The notes: generated from the letters alone by a model not told the origin. A DNA stretch of 45,452 nt from Candidatus Eiseniibacteriota bacterium (GCA_031370785.1 JANMQY010000021.1:1-45452); one strand, 5' to 3'. Numbered from the stretch's first letter, positions 1 through 11,389 are shown. Translations and numbers: made by a program.

Positions 1-1
1 G

Positions 2-385
2 TGCAGCGCCCGCGAGCAGGACGCCACCGATGCCGAGCGCGAGGGCACCAAGGTCAAGGGACTGCGGCTGCTCGCGGGGCGACTCGGGGACCGGGCTTCG
101 GGTAGTATCTCCGGTCTCGTACCCAGAGGTTTGTTCGTGGAGCTGGACGATCCGCCCGTGGATGGATTCGTGGCGATCGCCGACCAGCTCGACGATCGCT
201 TCGAGCTGGATGCCGCGGGTGTGCGACTCGTGGGCCGCCGCACGCGCCGCCGGTTCACGCTCGGTGACCCGGTCGCGGTGACCATCGCGCGGGTCGACGT
301 GCCGGCGCGCGAATGCGATCTTGCGCTCGACGACGGGGAATCGCGGCGGGGCCGCCGCTCACAGAGGAGGCAGGGATGGCGATGA
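2..385 (+). CDS. rnr: Ribonuclease R, C-terminal part (end of RNB domain + S1 domain); 5' truncated by window edge
   Basis: Frame 2 is open from the window start: CSAREQDATDAEREGTKVK...GSISGLVPRGLFVEL...FTLGDPVAVTIARVD, matching the RNase R RNB end/S1 domain, followed by a basic tail. Confidence 0.8.
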   Translation, partial: CSAREQDATDAEREGTKVKGLRLLAGRLGDRASGSISGLVPRGLFVELDDPPVDGFVAIADQLDDRFELDAAGVRLVGRRTRRRFTLGDPVAVTIARVDVPARECDLALDDGESRRGRRSQRRQGWR

Positions 386-1026
386 AGAAGAGCTCTGCAA
401 GCAGCGCTCGCCGTGGCCGCGAGCGCCGGGGAAGCGACCGCGCCGACGCGCGCCTGTCGATGCGCGTCGAGGCCGGTTCCGCCGGGGCCGGCCGGATCGT
501 CACCGAAAGCCAGAACATCTCCTCGAGCGGTGTGTATTGCCACGTCTCTCACTACTTGGCCCCGCTCTCGAAGGTGCAGCTCACCATCGTGCTGCCACGC
601 ACGCCAGGCGCCACGATGGTCGGACAGGAGCTGGTGAAGTGCGACGGCATCGTCGTGCGCTGCGACCAGCGCGGGAGCGAGAAGTCGGAGACACCCTACG
701 AGCTGGCATGCATGTTCACGTCTCTCGATGCTGGTCTGCGTGAGCGCATCGAGCAGTTCGTGACCTGGCGAAACCTGCAGGCCCTGCGCGCGGCGCTCGC
801 GGCGGCTCCCAAGGAGACCAAACCGGCAAAGCATTCCGGCGCGCTGCCAGCGGCGGCGAAAGTCGCCGGCAGCAGATCCGCGCTGCGAAAGGCGACCCCA
901 CGCAAGGTCGTCGCCAAGATCGTCGCCAAGAAGTCCACGCCGAGCCCGAGCAGCGCGCGCAGCGGCGCGCGGAAGCGCGCCGTGAAGAAAGTCGCCAAGC
1001 GCAGCGCGGGGCGGGCGCAGCGCTGA
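376..1026 (+). CDS. PilZ-domain protein with Lys/Ala-rich C-terminal tail
   Basis: GGAGG SD before ATG 376; PilZ motifs RxxxR (RGSDR) and (D/N)xSxxG (NISSSG); K/A/R-rich C-terminus. Confidence 0.75.
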   Translation: MAMKKSSASSARRGRERRGSDRADARLSMRVEAGSAGAGRIVTESQNISSSGVYCHVSHYLAPLSKVQLTIVLPRTPGATMVGQELVKCDGIVVRCDQRGSEKSETPYELACMFTSLDAGLRERIEQFVTWRNLQALRAALAAAPKETKPAKHSGALPAAAKVAGSRSALRKATPRKVVAKIVAKKSTPSPSSARSGARKRAVKKVAKRSAGRAQR

Positions 1027-1034
1027 ACCGTCCC

Positions 1035-2381
1035 GTGACGGCGGCGCCTCGGGTCGGGGTCGGTCACGGGCGTCCGCTCGTGGGCGAGTTCGCGCCCCCG
1101 GGCGACAAGTCCATCACGCACCGCGCGCTGTTGTTCGGTCTGCTCGCGGACGGCGCCACGCGCGTCTCGGGCGCGAACCCGGGCGAGGATTGCGCCCGCT
1201 CGGCTGCCGCCGCGGCCGTACTGGGCGCCCGTCTCGAGCGTACCGCGGACGGCTGGGAGCTCCACGGCACCGGAGGTGCTCTGCGCGTTCCCGATCGTCC
1301 CCTCGACTGCGGTAACTCCGGCACCACGCTGCGCCTGCTCGCCGGCATCGTCGCCGCGCACCCGTTCAGCTCGACGCTCAGCGGCGATGCCTCGCTGTCA
1401 CGGCGCCCCATGCGCCGGATCGCCGAGCCGCTCATCCGCATGGGCGCGACGCTGTCGGGACAGGGCGACGACTGCACGCCACCGCTCAGCGTGCGGGGCG
1501 GCGGCCTGCGCGGCATCGACTATGCGGTCCCCATGGCGAGCGCGCAGGTCGCTACCTGCACGCTGCTTGCCGGACTCGCGGCGAGTGGCGAGACGCGCGT
1601 CACGCTGCCCGGGCCGGCGCGCGACCACAGCGAGCGCATGCTGCCGGCGTTCGGCGTGGTCCTCGAGCGCGAGGACCACACGAACGGAGGACGCACGGTG
1701 CGCGTACGGGGCGGTCAGTCGCTGCGCGGCACCGACGTGCGCGTGCCCGGGGACTTCTCGGCCGCGGCGTTCCTGTTCGCGGCCGCTGCCGCCGAGCCCG
1801 GCGCGAGCGTCATCGCGCGCGGTGTGAACCTCAACCCCACCCGCACCGGTTTCCTGGATGTGCTGCGCGCGATGGGCGCGGAAGTGGCGATCGCGCACGA
1901 GCGCGTCGCCGCGGGCGAGCCCGCGGGCGACGTCCGCGTGACGGGGCCCGACCAGCTCAAGGCATTCGACGTGCCCGAGGACTGGTTCCCGCGCATGGTG
2001 GACGAGGCGCCGGCATGGGCGGTGCTGGCGGCGGCGGCAAGCGGCACCTCGCGCCTCGCGGGGGCCGCCGAGCTGCGCGTGAAGGAGAGTGACCGCATCG
2101 CCAGCATCGCCGCGGGCCTGCGCGCGGCCGGCATCGCCGTGGCGGAGACAGCGGACGGGCTGGCCGTCACCGGCGGCACGCCGCGCGGCGGCGCACGCAT
2201 CGCCACGCATCATGATCATCGCATCGCCATGGCGTTCGCGGTGCTCGGCTGCCGCACACGCGAGCCGCTGTGGTTCGACGACCTGTCGAGCGTGCCGACG
2301 TCGTACCCCGGCTTCTTCGAGACGCTCGCGGCGCTGGGCGGCGGCGTCACGCCGGAACGCGCGGCGGGGGGCGGCGCGTGA
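1035..2381 (+). CDS. aroA: 3-phosphoshikimate 1-carboxyvinyltransferase (EPSP synthase)
   Basis: PGDKSITHRA, LDCGNSGTT, RRPMRR, ELRVKESDRI and DHRIAMAF motifs. Confidence 0.97.
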   Translation: MTAAPRVGVGHGRPLVGEFAPPGDKSITHRALLFGLLADGATRVSGANPGEDCARSAAAAAVLGARLERTADGWELHGTGGALRVPDRPLDCGNSGTTLRLLAGIVAAHPFSSTLSGDASLSRRPMRRIAEPLIRMGATLSGQGDDCTPPLSVRGGGLRGIDYAVPMASAQVATCTLLAGLAASGETRVTLPGPARDHSERMLPAFGVVLEREDHTNGGRTVRVRGGQSLRGTDVRVPGDFSAAAFLFAAAAAEPGASVIARGVNLNPTRTGFLDVLRAMGAEVAIAHERVAAGEPAGDVRVTGPDQLKAFDVPEDWFPRMVDEAPAWAVLAAAASGTSRLAGAAELRVKESDRIASIAAGLRAAGIAVAETADGLAVTGGTPRGGARIATHHDHRIAMAFAVLGCRTREPLWFDDLSSVPTSYPGFFETLAALGGGVTPERAAGGGA

Positions 2382-3073
2382 GCTTCGTCGTCACCATCGA
2401 TGGCCCGGCCGCAGCCGGCAAGAGCACCACGGCGCGCGCCATCGCGCAGCGCATGGGCTGGCGCTATCTCGACACGGGGGCCTACTACCGGGCGCTCGCG
2501 TCGAAAGCGTTGCGCCTGGAGGTGCCGCTCGACGACCGCTCCGCGGCGAAGCTCGCGGGTGAGACGCGCATCGAGTTCTCCGGCGACCCCGCACGTCCGC
2601 ACGTGCTGCTGGATGGCGCAGATGTCACCGACGCGATCCGCACGCCCGAGGTGAGCGAAGGCGCGTCGCGCATCGCGGCGTTTCCCGGCGTGCGGCGGCT
2701 GCTGGTCGAGTGGCAGCGGACGCTGCGCGAGCGCGAGCCGCTGGTGGGCGAGGGTCGCGACCTCGGCACCGTGGTGTTCCCGGACGCGGAGGTGAAGCTG
2801 TATCTCGATGCTGACCTCGACACGCGCGCGCAGCGGCGGTTCACCGAGATGGTACTGCGCGGGCTCACCGCCCGGCTGGACGCCGTGCGCGCGGAGATGC
2901 GGTCGCGCGACGAGCGCGACCGCTCACGCGCGGACAGCCCGCTCAAGCCGGCCCCGGACGCGATCGTGGTGGATACGAGCGGTATGGACATCGAACATCA
3001 GGTATCGGCTGCCCTGGCCGTCATCCGGGCGCATCCGCGCTGTCCCCGGCCCACGCGAAAGCCGATAGAGTAG
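2378..3073 (+). CDS. cmk: Cytidylate kinase
   Basis: GTG overlaps the aroA stop; TIDGPAAAGKST P-loop, LDTGAYYR and EGRDLGTVVFPDA; aroA-cmk-rpsA synteny. Confidence 0.96.
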   Translation: MSFVVTIDGPAAAGKSTTARAIAQRMGWRYLDTGAYYRALASKALRLEVPLDDRSAAKLAGETRIEFSGDPARPHVLLDGADVTDAIRTPEVSEGASRIAAFPGVRRLLVEWQRTLREREPLVGEGRDLGTVVFPDAEVKLYLDADLDTRAQRRFTEMVLRGLTARLDAVRAEMRSRDERDRSRADSPLKPAPDAIVVDTSGMDIEHQVSAALAVIRAHPRCPRPTRKPIE

Positions 3074-3183
3074 GAAGCCTTGACGGCGGCCTGGGCCATT
3101 TTCATGGGAGGGCGCCGGGCCGGCCGGCCCCGTTCAGCTGGCGCATGGGCCGGGCCGGGGTCCGCAGACGACTTGGCGACAAC

Positions 3184-3831
3184 GTGAGCCTGCACTATAG
3201 TGCGTGCCGCTTCCTGCTCGGGGGTCTCGTGGGTGCCCTGAGCGGTTGGGAGGTCCGCGGACGCGAGCACGTGCCCCTCGAGGGCGCCGTGATTGTGGCC
3301 TCGAACCACATCTCGTTCTGGGACCCGCCGCTCGTCGGCTCCGCCGCCGTTCGCGAACTGAGTTTCCTCGCCAAGGAGGAACTGTTCCGGACGCCGGTCC
3401 TGGGTCCGCTCATCCGTACGTTCAACGCTATTCCCATCCGGCGTGGCGTCGCGGACTTGAGCGGCCTCACGAAAGCCATGGATGTCCTCCGTGCGGGGCG
3501 TGCGCTCATCCTGTTTCCGGAAGGGACCCGCGCGCGCGATGGCGAGTTGCATGATGCCCGCCCAGGTGTCGGCATGCTCGCGGTCGCGACCGATGCGCGG
3601 GTCGTCCCGGTCTACATCTCGGGCAGCAATCAACCAGGGAAGTGGCTGTTCCGCAGGGGCAAGGTACGGGTGTGGTTCAGCCCGCCGCGCACCTGGCGGG
3701 AACTGGCCGGTCCGGACGCCGAACTCGAACCGGGGCGCGCGCTCTACCGGAGCGTGGGTGCCGGTGTGATGCGCGAGATCGCGGCGCTCAAGGCCAGCCA
3801 GCTGAATTCGGCTACACGCGGAGCGGCCTAG
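3184..3831 (+). CDS. plsC: 1-acyl-sn-glycerol-3-phosphate (lysophospholipid) acyltransferase
   Basis: NHISFWD (HxxxxD), FLAKEELF and FPEGTR motifs; start uncertain (3145 or 3184). Confidence 0.88.
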   Translation: MSLHYSACRFLLGGLVGALSGWEVRGREHVPLEGAVIVASNHISFWDPPLVGSAAVRELSFLAKEELFRTPVLGPLIRTFNAIPIRRGVADLSGLTKAMDVLRAGRALILFPEGTRARDGELHDARPGVGMLAVATDARVVPVYISGSNQPGKWLFRRGKVRVWFSPPRTWRELAGPDAELEPGRALYRSVGAGVMREIAALKASQLNSATRGAA

Positions 3832-3871
3832 CCGCCACCGCATATTCCATATATCAGGAGGTCGACGCTGC

Positions 3872-5674
<1,803 letters not shown>

Positions 5675-5700
5675 CAGCTTGAGATCGGAAGCCGTACGGC

Positions 5701-5740
5701 ACCGGGCGGGACCCTCAAAAGGGTTCCGCCCGGTTGTTTT
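5701..5740 (+). terminator. Rho-independent terminator after rpsA
   Basis: Stem ACCGGGCGGGACCCT / AGGGTTCCGCCCGGT, short loop, followed by TGTTTT. Confidence 0.8.
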
Positions 5741-5772
5741 GGAGCGCAATCGCGCCGTATGCTGCGCGCTCC

Positions 5773-6663
5773 ATGCTCACCATGACGCTCCTCGCCGCCC
5801 TGCTGACCGTGGCCCCGCCGCGCGCCGCTGCGCCCGCGCCGGCCGATCGCATCTCTCAGGCCGGGCTCAGCCCCGGCGCTCCGGTCTCGCGCGTTGCCGA
5901 CTCCCTGGTCGCGGCGCTCAAGCGTCTCGAGAGCGGCCGGCCGGATCAGGGCGGCAACGCCGCGCTGGTGCTCGGTCAGCTCCACTTCGCGCGCGGCGAG
6001 TACCGGCTTGCGGCCGATGCATTCGCGCGTGCTGCCGCCCGGCTCGATCCCGCAAGAAAGCCCGAGGCGCGCTACTGGGTGGGGCTGAGCTGGCTGGGGC
6101 TCGGCGACCCCAACCAGGCTCGCGCGGCGCTCGAGGAGGTGGCGGACTCCGACTCTCCCCGACGCTCGCTCGCGCGACTCGGCATTGCGCAGGCGTGGGA
6201 GCTGGCCGGGCGTCCCGAGCGCGCGCGCCAGACACTCGAAGCTCTGCTGGCCGGCGATCCCGGCGAGGCCGGGGCCCCGGCGCTGGCGCGCCTCGCCGCG
6301 CTTGCGGATGCGGCGCATCAGCCGGAAGTGTCGCGCAGCGCCCGCGAGCGCCTGATGCGCGACTACCCCGCCAGCAATGAAGCTGCTGGCGCGCGGCTTG
6401 CCCCGGCGGCCGTCCCTGCCGACGTTGCGGGCGGATGGAGGGTCGAGATCGGTGCGTTCGCCGACGCCGCCCGCGCCAGAACACTTGCAGATGCGGCGCG
6501 CGAGGCAGGCTTCCCGCAGGCCTCGGTTGTGGCGCGCGGGGTGGGCGCCGGAAGGCTCCAGGTGGTGGTGCTCGGACGATATGAGAAGAGCGCCGAGGCG
6601 AAGCGCGACGCCGAGCGCGCGGCGGCGGCGCTCGGGGTCAATTTCCGCGTGATCGGACCTTAG
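5773..6663 (+). CDS. Exported TPR-repeat protein with C-terminal SPOR (peptidoglycan-binding) domain
   Basis: Signal peptide; TPR-like helices (LGQLHFARGEYRLAADAF, EARYWVGLS, LMRDYPAS); C-terminal RVEIGAF...VVLGRYEKSAEA SPOR-like pattern. Confidence 0.7.
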   Translation: MLTMTLLAALLTVAPPRAAAPAPADRISQAGLSPGAPVSRVADSLVAALKRLESGRPDQGGNAALVLGQLHFARGEYRLAADAFARAAARLDPARKPEARYWVGLSWLGLGDPNQARAALEEVADSDSPRRSLARLGIAQAWELAGRPERARQTLEALLAGDPGEAGAPALARLAALADAAHQPEVSRSARERLMRDYPASNEAAGARLAPAAVPADVAGGWRVEIGAFADAARARTLADAAREAGFPQASVVARGVGAGRLQVVVLGRYEKSAEAKRDAERAAAALGVNFRVIGP

Positions 6664-6723
6664 AGAAACCGACAGAGAAACCGACCTGCAGCGACTGCGC
6701 GGGGGCTCGCCGCTGCCTCGCGC

Positions 6724-6752
6724 TTGGCGACGGGACCGGGCCCCTCTATTCT
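6724..6752 (+). promoter_or_regulatory. Candidate sigma70 promoter for mutS
   Basis: TTGGCG-17 nt-TATTCT. Confidence 0.5.
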
Positions 6753-6814
6753 CCCGCGACCATGCTGCCCCCGATCGCATCCACGCCCACAGCCGGCTTG
6801 CCAGACTCCGGTCG

Positions 6815-9448
6815 ATGAGCCGCGCGACCAGCGATTTCCAGGCCTCCAGCGCCGCCGCCCGCACGCCGCTCATGGAGCAGTACCTGCGGGTCAAGAGGGA
6901 TCAGCCCGACGCGTTCCTCTTTTTCCGGCTGGGCGACTTCTACGAGATGTTCTTCGAGGACGCGGTGCGCGGCGCGGCGCTGCTCGGACTCACCCTGACC
7001 TCGCGCAACAAGCAGGATCCGCAGCCGATCCCGATGTGCGGCATTCCCTGGCATCAGCGCGACGCCTACGTCGCACGGCTGCTGCGGCTCGGACACAAGA
7101 TCGCGATCTGCGATCAGCTCGAGGATCCGGCGCAGTCGAAGGGTCTGGTGCAGCGCGGCGTCACCGAAGTGCTCACCCCCGGCTCGGTGATCGGGGAGTC
7201 CTTCCTCGAGCCGGCCGCGAACAATTTCCTGGTCGCGTTGTGGCCGACCGCAAACACGCTCGGCGCGTGCTTCGTCGATGCCTCGACCGCCGAGGTCAAG
7301 CTCGCCGAACCGGCGTGGGAGGACGCGGCGGCGACGCTCGCGCGGCTGCGCGTCGCCGAGTGGGTGCTGCCAGCGAACGGCGATGTCGATGAGGCACTCG
7401 CCGCGCGGCTGGACAGCGTGCTCTCAGGGCTCGCCGGCGCGCGCACCGCGCTTCCCCCCGGACGTCTGTGGCGAGCGGACCACGCCATCGCGCGCTGGCC
7501 GGATGTCGAGGGGACACTGCGTGCGCTCCCCGCGGCGGGGATCGCGGCCGCCGCGGCGATCGATTATCTCGACCGGGTGCAGGGAGTGACCGCGCTTCCG
7601 CTCGCGCGGGTCGAGCGCTGGAGCGAGGAGGACACTCTTCGCGTGGACGCGGCTACGCTCCGCCATCTCGAGCTGTTCCGGCCGCAGCCGGGTGGAGAGG
7701 TCGCGCACACGCTGTGGCACCATCTCGATCTGACCGTGACCTCGCCCGGCGCGCGCCGGCTGCGTGCCTGGCTCGAGCGTCCGCTGGTGTCGCTCGAGAC
7801 GATCGCGGCCCGCCATGATGCGGTCGCGGCATGGGGCGCAGCAGGCGCGGGGCGCGCCTCGTTCCGCGAATCGCTCCGGGGGCTCGCCGATCTCGAGCGT
7901 CTCGCCGCGCGGCTGGCCTGCGGGCGGGCGACGCCGCGCGATCTCGGGGCGCTGCGCGACACGCTCTCGCGTCTGCCCGAGGTGACCCGCTCGCTGACCC
8001 CACGCGGCGATGAGGGCGCAGGCGCCGCACGGGCTGCGCTCGCGCTCGACGATGCGCTGCTCGATCTGCTCCGCGGCGCACTCAGCGACGATCCGCCCGT
8101 GGCCTCGAAGGATGGCGGCGTGATTCGTGCCGGACACGATGCGACCCGCGACCGGCTCGACGAGCTCGCGCACTCCGGCAAGCGCTGGATCGCGGAGCTC
8201 GAAGCTGCAGAGCGCGTACGCACCGGGATCCCGAGCCTCAAGGTGGGATTCAACCGTGTGTTCGGCTACTACCTCGAGATCACCCGCAGCCACCTCGACA
8301 AGGCGCCGGCCGACTACGAACGACGCCAGACCCTGACCACCGCCGAGCGGTTCGTGACCCCCGCGCTCAGGGAGAAGGAGGGCGAGGTGCTGGGCGCCGA
8401 GGAGAAGCTCAAGGCGCGCGAGCACGAGCTGTTCGTCGTGGTGCGCGAGCGCGCGGCCACCCACGTGCCGGCGCTGCTCGCCGCCGCCGAGGCGCTCGGC
8501 CGCCTCGACGCCGAGGCCGCGCTGGCGGAAGCCGCGGCCCGCTTCGGCTGGGTGCGCCCCGAGATGAACGACGGCGATGCGCTGGTACTGGAGGGCGCGC
8601 GCCATCCGGCGGTCGAGCGACTGGTTCCGCGCGGGGAGTTCGTGCCCAACGACCTGACCCTGAATGGGCGCACGCGCCAGATCCTGCTGCTCACCGGGCC
8701 GAACATGGGCGGCAAGAGCACCTACCTGAGGCAGACCGCGCTGATCGTGCTGCTCGCCCAGGCGGGATCGTTCGTCCCCGCGGCCCGCGCGCGGATCGGC
8801 AGGGTGGACCGCCTGTTCACGCGGGTCGGCGCTGCGGATCGGCTGGGCGCGGGTCAGAGCACCTTCATGGTCGAGATGCGCGAGACCGCCGAGATCCTGC
8901 GCTCGGCGACGTCGCGCTCGCTGGTGCTGCTCGACGAGATCGGTCGCGGCACGGCGACCTATGACGGCCTCGCGCTGGCGTGGGCGGTGACCGAGCACCT
9001 GCATGATGCGAAGGGTCCACGACCGCGCACGCTGTTCGCAACGCACTACCACGAGCTGACCCAGCTCGCCGGCCGCCTGCCTCGACTCGCGAACGTTCAG
9101 GTCACGGTGCGCGAGAAGGGGGACGAGGTGGTGTTCCTGCACCGCATCGCCGAAGGCGCGGCAGACCGCTCCTACGGCATCCACGTGGCGCGCCTCGCGG
9201 GATTGCCCGAAAGCGTGCTCGAGCGCGCGCGCGAAGTACTGCACGAGTTGGAGAGCGAACGCACCGCGGAGCACCTCGCGCGCTCCGGGTCGTCGCCGCG
9301 TGCGGCCGCCGCGGAACTCCCGCTGTTCTCGGCGCCCCTGCCGCATCCCGCCAGCGAGGCGCTCGCCGCGCTCGATCCTGAAGCGCTGACGCCGCTCGAG
9401 GCGCTCAACCTGCTCGCGAAGTGGAAGAAGGAGTGGGGAGCGAGCTGA
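6815..9448 (+). CDS. mutS: DNA mismatch repair protein MutS
   Basis: TPLMEQY, GDFYEMF, TGPNMGGKST, STFMVEM, DEIGRGT, FATHYHEL and SYGIHVA motifs. Confidence 0.98.
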   Translation: MSRATSDFQASSAAARTPLMEQYLRVKRDQPDAFLFFRLGDFYEMFFEDAVRGAALLGLTLTSRNKQDPQPIPMCGIPWHQRDAYVARLLRLGHKIAICDQLEDPAQSKGLVQRGVTEVLTPGSVIGESFLEPAANNFLVALWPTANTLGACFVDASTAEVKLAEPAWEDAAATLARLRVAEWVLPANGDVDEALAARLDSVLSGLAGARTALPPGRLWRADHAIARWPDVEGTLRALPAAGIAAAAAIDYLDRVQGVTALPLARVERWSEEDTLRVDAATLRHLELFRPQPGGEVAHTLWHHLDLTVTSPGARRLRAWLERPLVSLETIAARHDAVAAWGAAGAGRASFRESLRGLADLERLAARLACGRATPRDLGALRDTLSRLPEVTRSLTPRGDEGAGAARAALALDDALLDLLRGALSDDPPVASKDGGVIRAGHDATRDRLDELAHSGKRWIAELEAAERVRTGIPSLKVGFNRVFGYYLEITRSHLDKAPADYERRQTLTTAERFVTPALREKEGEVLGAEEKLKAREHELFVVVRERAATHVPALLAAAEALGRLDAEAALAEAAARFGWVRPEMNDGDALVLEGARHPAVERLVPRGEFVPNDLTLNGRTRQILLLTGPNMGGKSTYLRQTALIVLLAQAGSFVPAARARIGRVDRLFTRVGAADRLGAGQSTFMVEMRETAEILRSATSRSLVLLDEIGRGTATYDGLALAWAVTEHLHDAKGPRPRTLFATHYHELTQLAGRLPRLANVQVTVREKGDEVVFLHRIAEGAADRSYGIHVARLAGLPESVLERAREVLHELESERTAEHLARSGSSPRAAAAELPLFSAPLPHPASEALAALDPEALTPLEALNLLAKWKKEWGAS

Positions 9449-9451
9449 GGC

Positions 9452-10084
9452 TCAGCGCAGGCGGCGCCGGACGGGGATGCTGACTTCCGATGCCACCGGC
9501 GCCTTCGATCGGGAAGGTCCCGCGACCCGGAGGGTCAGCGCCGTCAGCGGGATGAGGATGCCCGATCCGGCGCGGTCCGCCTGCGCGTCCGCTATCGGTG
9601 GCGCCTGCGGCTCGTCGCGGCGATAGTCTATCAGGCGCTTCCAGTGCGAGGGCCGCGCGACCTGGATCCACTTTTCGAACTCCTCCGCGTCATGGAACCA
9701 CGCGCGCACGTCCGCCAGCGGAAGCCGGCGCTCGCACGCGCGCGGATCGTACTCGCGGCACAAGACCGGGTGACGGCCGTAGATGGCGCAGCGCCCGGCC
9801 GAGTTGAGCTGCCGGCAGCGCGCCTCCACATGAAGGAACCAGCGCTCGGGACGCTCGAGGTAGACCTCGATCCCTTCGTGGTGCAGCGCCCAGATCCACT
9901 GGTCGTACTCCCACGCGGCGCGCGGCGCATCGATCTCGACCGTGATGTAGGTGCAGCACTTGACGCAGCCGGCGCACAGGTCGGCGTTCTCCGAGGAGCT
10001 CAGATCCTTCGTGTCACGCGGGTCGTGGATCGGCGATGAGATCGTATGGTGGTGCGGATCGGGATGTGAAGGCTTGTGGCTCAT
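9452..10084 (-). CDS. YkgJ-family cysteine-cluster (CxxCxxCC) protein
   Basis: CAGCVKCC...CRQL...CAIYGRHPVLCREY pattern; His-rich N-terminus. Confidence 0.8.
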   Translation of the reverse strand: MSHKPSHPDPHHHTISSPIHDPRDTKDLSSSENADLCAGCVKCCTYITVEIDAPRAAWEYDQWIWALHHEGIEVYLERPERWFLHVEARCRQLNSAGRCAIYGRHPVLCREYDPRACERRLPLADVRAWFHDAEEFEKWIQVARPSHWKRLIDYRRDEPQAPPIADAQADRAGSGILIPLTALTLRVAGPSRSKAPVASEVSIPVRRRLR

Positions 10085-10157
10085 GCACTTCTTATAGCCG
10101 ATCGCGCGCGACGAGGCCAGCACGAGCGCGAAGTCGGGTGCGTCGCGAGGGGGGCCG

Positions 10158-11027
10158 CTAACGACGTACGGGCGCCGCGGCCTGATGCGCCGCGCGGCGC
10201 AGCGCCGAGTCGTCGCTCGCCTCAGCGAATCGCGCAGCCGCGGCCTTCAGTGCGGAGTCGGGAGCACCCGCCGCCGCATCCAGCGCGAGCCAGACGATGC
10301 GCGACGATGGGGCATCCGCACGGAGTGCGGGCCGCGCCGCCGCCGCACGATCGAGCGCAGCCGCCAGCGTCTCGGCGGCCGCGGGATGGGACCCGAACGC
10401 ACGAGGCGCATTCCACAGCGCGCGCGCTGCCTCGATGCGCACCGCTTCCACCGGGTCGAGCAGCGCGCCCTCGAGCCGGGCGGCGATACTGTCGCGAAGC
10501 GGGCTCGTCAGGAATCGCGCGGGGCGGGTCTCGGTGGCGTGCTCGATGTCGGTCACGATCAGGTTGACGCCGAGTGCCAGCACCGCCTGCTCGCGCACCA
10601 CCGGATCCGGATCCCCCGCGTAGGGGAGAAGGTTCGCGACCGCGGCCGGGTCGCGGTATGCCCAGCGTCGGAACGCGGACTGCTTGGCGCGCGCATCGCG
10701 CGGGCGCTCGATGCCGGCCGCGGGTTCAGGCACCACTGGCCGGAGTGCGAGCGGCGCGAGCGCGAACACAGCCGCGACCGCGACGCAGGCCACGCGCTGA
10801 TTTCCGGTTCGCGCGTCGCGCAGCGCAGCCAGCATGTCGGCCGCGGCGCCCCACAGCGGAATCCACAGCCACCCGCCCGCCGTGAGCCAGGCGCGGTACG
10901 CCTCGGCCGGCCCGGAAAGCCCGGCGAAGCGTAGCGCCCAGCCGGCCGCCACCATGAATAGCGCGCCGAGCAGCGCACCGGTCAGCGCAGCGCCGGCGAG
11001 GCGACCGGCAAAGCCGGGAGTCGCGAT
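10158..11027 (-). CDS. Membrane protein with C-terminal HEAT-like repeats
   Basis: About 3 hydrophobic segments, then DPDPVVREQAVLALG and DPVEAVRIEAARAL repeats. Start uncertain (ATC at 11027 or ATG at 10955); the listed 11303 start overlaps the upstream gene. Confidence 0.6.
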   Translation of the reverse strand: MATPGFAGRLAGAALTGALLGALFMVAAGWALRFAGLSGPAEAYRAWLTAGGWLWIPLWGAAADMLAALRDARTGNQRVACVAVAAVFALAPLALRPVVPEPAAGIERPRDARAKQSAFRRWAYRDPAAVANLLPYAGDPDPVVREQAVLALGVNLIVTDIEHATETRPARFLTSPLRDSIAARLEGALLDPVEAVRIEAARALWNAPRAFGSHPAAAETLAAALDRAAAARPALRADAPSSRIVWLALDAAAGAPDSALKAAAARFAEASDDSALRRAAHQAAAPVRR

Positions 11028-11389
11028 CAGACCTCCGGTTGCCGGTGCGTGTTGGCGGTGATCGACTTCCAGAGCAGGCTGACCACCGCCAGCAGGAGGG
11101 AAGCGAGCAAGGTGGTGCCGAAGCCCTGAACTCGGAAGCCTGGCACGAGCAGCGCGGTCAGCCACAGGCAGATCGCGTTGATCACGAACAGGAACAGCCC
11201 GAGGGTCACGATCGTCAGCGGGAGCGTGAGCACGAACAGGATCGGTTTGACGATCACGTTCACGATCCCGAGCACGAACGTGGCGACCAGCGCGGGACCC
11301 CACCCGGTCACCTGGAATCCGGGCAACAGTTTCGAGATGCCGAGCATCGCTGCGGACATGACCACGAAGTAGAGGATCAGGTTCAGCAT
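11027..11389 (-). CDS. YvlD-like 4-TM membrane protein (phage holin superfamily IV family)
   Basis: LGIVNVIVKPILFVLTLPLTIVTLGLFLFVINA signature; GGAGGG SD. Confidence 0.88.
   Translation of the reverse strand: MLNLILYFVVMSAAMLGISKLLPGFQVTGWGPALVATFVLGIVNVIVKPILFVLTLPLTIVTLGLFLFVINAICLWLTALLVPGFRVQGFGTTLLASLLLAVVSLLWKSITANTHRQPEV

Noticed and set aside
11027..11389. 'Phage holin' as evidence of a prophage
   Set aside because: YvlD-type 4-TM proteins are common chromosomal genes, and there are no endolysin, structural or integrase genes nearby.
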